The position numbers and the translations under genes are program-made. This document shows positions 56,999 to 64,000 of a stretch of DNA of 64,000 nucleotides, piece by piece. The notes beneath the pieces were generated by a model that saw nothing but the letters and a program-made list of their open reading frames with translations, was not told the origin of the DNA and did not search any database. The number at the start of each line of letters is the position of its first letter. Position 1 is the stretch's first letter. The stretch is from assembly GCF_009914755.1 (NCBI RefSeq), contig NC_060932.1. The stretch is one strand, 5' to 3'. Source of the DNA: the human T2T-CHM13v2.0 reference genome, Homo sapiens.

Positions 56999-59900
56999 AA
57001 TAGTAATAGCAAACAATGTTTGGGGAGCTCTTGCCATTTGCTGGAGCACTTACCATGTGACAAATGTACTTCACACATCTGAATTAATGAATTCAATTAA
57101 AAACTACAGAGGACTTACTATATATGCCCCACGGTGATGGGATCCAGAAACTTAACCAGGAATAAAAGAATACCTGTCGTCAAGGAAAGACCAACACTAT
57201 CTTAAAGTAGAAGTTCACAATGAAATGCTAAACCATGCTTTCCCAGTAGAATCCAGTTCAGAGCCTTACCAGAATGTACTCTCCATCTACATCACCCTCC
57301 CTCTCCTAATATCCCAGAAATCTTCAGGAAAATGTTCAAACCCTTGACCTCTATTTTGCAAGGCAGAAACCACCTCTCCTTTCTAGCTTCACTTTTTTGG
57401 TTTTTGCTCCTTTTAGCTAGTTCTTTTGGATTCACTCTCATCAATACCAACTGATCCCTTACCCTTGTACCTCCTACTTCCCCACTCCTCCAAGGAGCTC
57501 AGTAGTACAAGGTGGTGAAACAGTAGAATGAGCACTGGCCTTGGGCATAGCATCTGGGTTCGAATTTTGGCTCTGAACTTTATATCTCTATGACCTTGAG
57601 AAAGATATTTAACACATCTATAAAATGAAAGGGAGCAGTGTTTTCCAGGCTAATGTGATAATGCAAAGTGATTTTATCTTGAGACATATATCAAGAGTCA
57701 GATAGATGAGAATCAAATTTACCTGTTTGCTAACAATAAAGCTTGATAGGAGACTATAGCTTGAGCTATTGCCAGAGTCAACATTTCCAGTACAGTTCCT
57801 CTGCGGAATGACTGGCCTCCCTGTAACAGACTAGACTAGTGCATGGAGGAACTGAGAATGTATGAGTCTCAATAACAACTACTCTGAAATATAAAGAAGG
57901 AAAACAGCCTAGGTAATTGATCAGGTTTGGCTTTGTGTCCCCACTCAAGTCTCATCTTGAATTGCATTCCCATAATCCCCACATTCCATGGGTGAGACCC
58001 TGTGGGAGGTAATCCAATCATGGAGGCAGTTTCCCTCATGCTGTTCGCATGATAGTGAATGCGTTCTCAGAAGGTCTGATGGTTTTATAGGCATCTGGTA
58101 TTTCCCCTGCTGGCATTCATTCTCTCTCCTGCCGCCCTGTGAAGAGGTGCCTTTACCATGAGTCTGAGTTTCCTGAGGCCTCCCCAACCATTAGGAACTG
58201 TGAGTCAATTCAATCTCTTTTCTTTATAAATTACTCAGTCTCTGGTATTTTTTATAGCTGTGTGAGAACAACTAATATAGCAAATTGGTACCAGGTAATG
58301 GGATGCTACTATAAAGATACCTGAAAATGTGGAAGTGACTTTGGAACTGGGTAATGAACAGAGGTTGGAACAGTTTGGAGGGCTCAGAAGAAAATAGGAA
58401 GATGCGGGAAAGTTTGGAAATTCCTAGAGACTTGTTGAATGGTTCTGACCAATATGACCAATATGCTGATACTGATATGGACAATAAAGTACAGGGTGAG
58501 GTGATCTCAGATGGAGACGAGGAACTTTTTTGGAACTGGAGCAAATGTGACTCTTGCTATGCTTTAGCAAGCATTTTGTGCTTTTAGTGGCATTTTGCCC
58601 TGGCCCTAGAAATATGTGAAACTTTGAACTTAGAGATGATTTAGGGTATCTGGTGGAAGAAATTTCTAAGCAGCAAAGCATTCAAGGCAAAGCAGAATGT
58701 AATAGTTTGGAAAGTTTGCAGCCTCCGTGCGATAGAAAAGAAAAATCTATTTTCTGAGGAGAAATTCAAGCTGGCTGCAGAAATTTGCATAAGTAATTGA
58801 GGAGCCAAATGTTAATCATCAAGACAATGGGGAAAATGTCCCCAGGGCATGTCAGAGACCTTCACAGCAGCCCCTCCCACCACAAACCCAGAAGTCTAGG
58901 AGGAAAAAAATGGTTTCTTGGGCTTGGCCCAGGGTTGGCTCTTTTCCCGGGCCTTCCTGCTTTGTGCAGCCTCAGGACATGGTCCCCTGTGTCTCAGCTG
59001 CTTCAGCTCCACCTTTGGCTAAAAGAGGCAAATATACAGCTCAGGCCATTGCTTCAGAGGGTGCAAACCCCAAGATGTGAAGACTTCCACCTGGGGTTGA
59101 CCCTGTGGGTACACAGAAGTCAAGAATTGAGATTTGGGAACCTCCACTTAGATTTCAGAGGATGTATGGAAATGCCTGGATGTCCAGGGAGAAGTTTGCT
59201 GCAGGGGCGGAGCCCTCATGAAGTACCTCTGCTAGGGCAGTGCCAAAGGGAAATGTGGAGTCAGAGACCCCACAGAATCCCCACACAGGGTCACTGCCTA
59301 GTGGAGCTGTGAGAAGAGAGCCACCATCATCCAGACCTCAGAATGGTAGATCCACCAATCACTTGAACAGTACACCTGGAAAAGCTGCAGGCACTCAACA
59401 CCAACCTGTGAAAGCAGCCAGGAAGGGGCTGTAGCCTGCAAAGCCACAGGGACAGAGCTGCCAAAGGCCATGGGAGCCCATCTCTTGCATCAGCATGACC
59501 TGGATGTGAGACATGGAGTCAAAGGAGATCATTTTGGAACTTTAAAGTTTAATGACTGACCTATTGGATTTCAGACTTTCATGGGGCCTGTAGCCCCTTT
59601 GTTTAGGCCAATTTTTCCCATTTGAAATGGGTGTATTTACCCAATACCTGTACCCCCATTGTATCTAGGAAGGACCTCATTTGCTTTTGATTTTACAGGC
59701 TCATAGACTGAAGGGACTTGTCTTGTTTCAGATGAAACTTTGGACTTGGACTTTGGGTCAATGCCAAAAGGAGTTATGACTTTGGGGGACTATTGGGAAG
59801 GCATGATTGTGTTTTGAAATGTGAGGACATGAGAATTGGGAGGGCCTAGGAGCACAATGTTATGGTTTGACTCTGTATCCCCACCCAAATCTCATCTTGA

Positions 59901-60254
59901 ATTGTAATCCCCATAATCCCTATGTGTCATGGGAGGGATCTGGTGGGAGATAATTGAATCATGAGGGTGGTTTCCCCTATGCTGTTCTCATGAGAGAGTG
60001 AGCAAGTTCTCACAAGATCTGACGGTTTTATAAGCATCTGCATTTCCCCTGCTGGCACTTGTTCTCACTCCTGCCATCCTGTGTAGAGGTGCCTTTTGCC
60101 ATGACTAAGTTTCCTGAGGCCTCCCCAGCCATAGGGAACTGTAAGTCAATTAAAGCCTTTTTCTTTATAAATTACCCAATCTCTGACATTTCTTCATAGC
60201 AGTGTGAGAATGGACTAATACAGGAATGCATACTTAATACCTTAACAATTTCAG
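56999..60254 (+). repeat. Local duplication copy 2, interrupted by a THE1D provirus
   Basis: 56999-57917 and 60223-60254 align to 52861-53814. Confidence 0.95.
57918..60222 (+). mobile_element. Complete THE1D-like MaLR provirus (LTR 57918-58279, internal 58280-59857, LTR 59858-60222)
   Basis: Direct LTRs with gcatctggtatttcccctgctggca; THE1-int; TSD gtaat (57913-57917) / ggaat (60223-60227). Confidence 0.96.
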
Positions 60255-60299
60255 AAACAGTGTTTCACCAGCTAGTGTTATAAGCCTATGTGATTTCAT

Positions 60300-60430
60300 A
60301 TGGATAGTTATATTATAGATACAGATATACATATACATATACATATATATCAATATAGAGATATAGGCTTATGCATGTATATACAGAGAGATTTATATAT
60401 ATATACATATATATATATCAATATCTGCCT
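60300..60430. repeat. TA/CA-rich low-complexity tract
   Basis: Direct reading. Confidence 0.8.
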
Positions 60431-60499
60431 ATATCATTAGTAACAGATAAATCACAGTCTGCATTTAGGTAAATTATGTACTTATTTGCCTATTTAACA

Positions 60500-60642
60500 T
60501 TCTATTTCTTGCCATAAAATTGCAAGTTCCACAAGGACAGAAAATTGGCCTGGCTTGTTATTGTTCTATTGTCAATGCCTAGAACAGTGTCCGGAACACA
60601 GTAGGTATTCAATACATTTTTTTAAATTAATGAGTGAACGAA
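60500..60642 (+). mobile_element. L2 3' end
   Basis: caatgcctagaacagtgtccggaacacagtaggtattcaataca...tgagtgaacgaat. Confidence 0.8.
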
Positions 60643-61369
60643 TTGTTGATGCACAATAAGTACATAGTTTCTCTCTGAGTTTCATGCAGACACAGAATTT
60701 TTTCTTCTGTTCTCCAGCTGTGACTTATTGGATGAGAATTGCATAATCACACTAATTGACTTCATAACAAATTTATGATTTCCCATCTCAGCCAGACTCT
60801 AAGTGTTTCTCGATAATCCTTTAACATGGGTCTACTCAATTCGCTTTCATTTATCCAAGGAAGCTACTTCTAACATCACCTTTTCCCTTGACTTCTTCAG
60901 TCCTCCAGTTCACTTGCCCTTCTACCCATCTACAGAGAAAAGTAAAAGTCTAAGAGATCACTCAGCCTTTTTTCTCCTCCTGTCTCCTTTAGACCTTGTC
61001 CCAACTGTCTCCCATCTCCTACTTTCAGTTTCTCATCTTCCACTCACTCTATAGGATAATACCCTCCGATAATCTCTGATAGAATTCCTCAAAGACATTA
61101 ACACTTACTGGCTTTACGTGAAGGAAAACAAAGACAGACTATCAAAAGGAAAGAATGAATGGTAGTACTTTAAGTATTAACACGAAACTTGCAGGTAGCA
61201 AGAATCTTGGCCTAAGATTACAAAAATCACTCTTAACTAACAAAGCTACCCTTCTTGGCATCACATGGCCACTGAGATCTAGAAGAAACAAAACATGAAT
61301 ATTAGATGGCAACAATATCTTAGATTTACATAATCCATTAACATACTTGCACATCACTGAATCACAGGA

Positions 61370-61880
61370 CAATCCCTTAAAGACAGAGATAGGTGTTATT
61401 ATCCACATCTTATAAATGAGAATATGATGCTTAGATAACTACAATGACTTGCCCAAGGTCACAACCTTCTTAACTTTAATTGTTGCATCTGGACACCAGA
61501 TCTTCTTACCTCTAAGCCTCAGGGTCTCTCCACCTGACCACACTGATCCCCACTGGCCTTAGTCAGTGTCACAGAGTCACAGGCCCCTATTTTATGTCCC
61601 AATTTTTGACCTAGGTCTTTCATGGCTGGATCCCCAAAAGGATATGATTCCAAACGCATCTAGTGTAAGTGCACGCTCTCAGGTACCAGACTGCTTTCAA
61701 ACCCTGTCTATAACATTCACTAGCTGTGCAATGTTTGGCAAGTTCCTTAATCCTCATCTGTAAAATGAAAGTGATAATATCTGAACATAATACCTTTATC
61801 TGAATAGCAAATGATTTAATACATGTAAAGCACTCAGAACTGTGCCTGGTATAGAGTAAGGACTCAATACATGCAAACTA
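61370..61880. mobile_element. MIR pair (minus ~61370-61545, plus ~61660-61880)
   Basis: tgacttgcccaaggtcaca and ctcatctgtaaaatg...catgtaaagcactcagaactgtgcctgg. Confidence 0.8.
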
Positions 61881-62194
61881 CTCCTATGGAACCAAGGACT
61901 GTGTAATGAGGTTTCCCTCTTCTTTTCTTTCCTCTATATAATATTACAAGTTTACCTCGAAAAGTAGGTATGCAGATATACATCTATCAAGAGCCTGCTA
62001 AGTGACGCCTTATTTTCCCTTTGCTCTCTCCTGATGTACTTTGTTTATTTTTGAAGTAATTGATGCAATTCTTCCATTCCACTTTGGCAGATTCTTTAAA
62101 TGGTGGGTCACTACCAAGGTGTGCCTGGGTTGATCCCCTTTATTTTCCTATAAAGCTTTCTCCTTTTCTTGCCTTCAATTATAATCAAGGGAAA

Positions 62195-63180
62195 TGTGAC
62201 AGGGAGAATTTCCAGGAATAGTCCCAAGATCCAATGCCTTCATCTTTGGAACTTTTGAATTACTTCTATAGTTCTGTTATGCTATACGGCACTGTTGATC
62301 TTAAGAGGAAAGTATCTGGATGGCTCTAATATGATTACAGGAGTCTTTAAAAGAAGACAATTTCTCCAGGTGTTTACAGAGATGAAGACAGAAGGATTCA
62401 GAACATGAGAAGGACTGGTGTGCTTTTCCTGTTTGAAGATATAAGGGACCACAGGGGAAGGAATGTGGGCAGCTTCTAAGAGCAAAAAATGTCTCTGGCT
62501 GACAGCCAGTGTCTCAGTCTGCTTGTACTGCCTGACACTGGATAATTTATAAACAACATACATTTATTTCTCATGGTTCTGGAGACTGGGAAGTTCAAGA
62601 TCAGGGCACTGGCAGGTTTGCTGTCTGGTGAGGGCCCAGTCTCCACTTCTAAGATGGTGCCTTGAATACTGTGTCCTTCTCCAGAGGGGACAAGTGCTGT
62701 GTCCTCACTTAGTGGGAAGAATGAAAAGACAAAATGGTCCTTACTAGGTTCCTCCATCCCTTTTGTAAGAGCACTCATGCATTCATATGGGCAAAGTCTT
62801 CATAACCTAATTAACCCCCCAAAGGCCACACCTCTTAATACTGTTGCATTAATGATGAAGTTTCAACATGAATTTTGGAAAGGACACAAACATTCAAACA
62901 ATAGCGACCAGCAAGGAAACAAGGACCTCCATCCTGCAACTGCAAAGAGCTAAATTCTTCCAATAACCCAAATGAGCTTGAGAACAGATTCTTTCCTGAG
63001 GCCTCTGAACAAGAGAACAAGAGTCCAGCTGGTCCAGGCTTTGATTTCAGCCTCGTGAAACTGTGAGTACTCCCAGCTAAGCCTGCCTGAAACTTTTGGC
63101 CTGCCAACCCATGAGATAATAAATGATAAAAAATAAAGCAATAAATGAGTATTGCTTTAAAATGCTAAGTCGATGTGTAA
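62195..63180 (+). mobile_element. MLT1D/E-like LTR, 3' terminus missing, with a nested MST LTR
   Basis: tgtgacagggagaatt...cagcttctaagagc...gagaacagattctttcc...gagataataaatg. Confidence 0.8.
62510..62906 (-). mobile_element. MST (MSTB/C/D-like) MaLR solo LTR
   Basis: catttatttctcatggttctggagactgggaagttcaagatc...tttcaacatgaattttgg...cattcaaacaatagc; TSD gccag/accag. Confidence 0.88.
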
Positions 63181-63195
63181 TGAGGGTAGTGGTAC

Positions 63196-63528
63196 GGACA
63201 ATAAAGTACAGGGTGAAGTGATCTCAGATGGAGATGAGGAACGTTTTTGGAACTGGAGCAAAGGTGACTCTTGCTGTGCTTTAGCAAAGAGACCGGTGGC
63301 ATTTTGCCCTGGCCCTGGAAATCTGTGAAACTTTGAACTTGAGAGAGATGATTTAGGGTATCTGGTGGAAGAAATTTCTAAGCAGCAAAGCATTCAAGAC
63401 AAAGCAGAATGTAATCATTTGGAAAGTTTGCAGCCTCCATGCGATAGAAAAGAAAAATCTATTTTCTGAAGAGAAATTCAAGCTGGCTGCAGAAATTTGC
63501 ATAAGTAATTGAGGAGCCAAACGTTAAT
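63196..63528 (+). repeat. LTR-less copy of THE1-int 58479-58816
   Basis: Shares the internal deletions of that provirus relative to the 10168 copy (cattcaagRcaaagcagaatgtaat; gcagcctccRtgcgatag). Confidence 0.9.
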
Positions 63529-63550
63529 AGATGAGAATCAAATTTACCTG

Positions 63551-63691
63551 TATCTCATGTAATTTATGGAATACTGTACTGAAAGTGAAAGTCAGAACGG
63601 CTGTAAGGGTAGCTTGGTTTCTACTGAATGCGTATGACTTCTGCACCATTGTAAAGTTGAAAAATTATCAAGTCGAACCATGGTAAGTTGG
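63551..63691 (+). mobile_element. MER47A 3' half, truncated at both ends
   Basis: tatctcatgtaattt..gaatactgtactgaaagtgaaa...gtcgaaccatggtaagt. Confidence 0.85.
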
Positions 63692-63904
63692 AGAACACAT
63701 AGACACATAGAGGGAACAACACACACTGGGGCCTACTGGACGGCGGAGGGTGGGACCAGGGAGAGAATCAGAAAACAATAAGTGATGGATACTAGGCTTA
63801 ATACCTGGATGATGAAATAATCTGTGCAACAAACTCCCATGACATGGCTTTAGCTATATAACGAACTTACACACGTACTCCTGAACTTAAAAGTTAAAAA
63901 AAAA
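63691..63904 (+). mobile_element. L1PA 3' UTR end (5'-truncated)
   Basis: gagaacacatagacacatagagggaacaacacacactggggcct...cctgaacttaaaagttaaaaaaaaa. Confidence 0.93.
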
Positions 63905-64000
63905 GATAAAATGCCTATAATAAACTGCCAGAAATAGGTAGGATATATGTGATGCACACGGTTTACCGTGATCATTTATTCTGGCAGTGACAGCAAACTA

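Noticed and set aside
57945-59434. ORFs up to 171 aa, similar to those at 10-12 kb and 63.2 kb (an apparent gene family)
   Set aside because: Similarity is explained by THE1-int copies and the local duplication
60260-60271. 12-bp match gtgtttcaccag to ~49045, just after the end of duplication copy 2
   Set aside because: Too short to separate from chance
63158-63914. taaaatgc at 63158 and 63907 as a TSD making the whole patchwork one L1 insertion
   Set aside because: Only 8 AT-rich bp, and MLT1-like sequence continues ~15 bp past the left copy; cannot be supported without outgroups

Overview
This window is AT-rich mammalian (primate/human-like) non-coding genomic DNA. The primate call rests on AluY/AluS/AluJ, THE1, L1PA and MER1A/MER2 elements. 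I find no recognisable protein-coding exon, RNA gene, CpG island or CRISPR array. The ORF-track ORFs I could assign come from Alu, L1, THE1-int, Tigger2 or MaLR LTRs; the rest look like chance ORFs. Main content: two complete THE1 (ERVL-MaLR) proviruses, a near full-length dead Tigger2 with a readable transposase, two 5'-inverted (twin-primed) L1s, several solo LTRs, about 12 Alus and many MIR/L2/L1M/CR1 relics. Subfamily names come from recalled consensus sequences, not a RepeatMasker run. I see no new gene system. The most unusual signal is a cluster of local templated duplications at 49-63.6 kb. It comprises a ~950 bp direct duplication that preserves the empty pre-integration site of a THE1 provirus, two ~120-135 bp displaced copies, and a patchwork insert built from two nearby templates. 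Other oddities: a probable L1 3' transduction, a patchwork insertion inside an AluY, a de novo 20-bp-arm hairpin, perfect DUX4 motifs in two THE1 LTRs, and a few unconfirmed exon-like segments.
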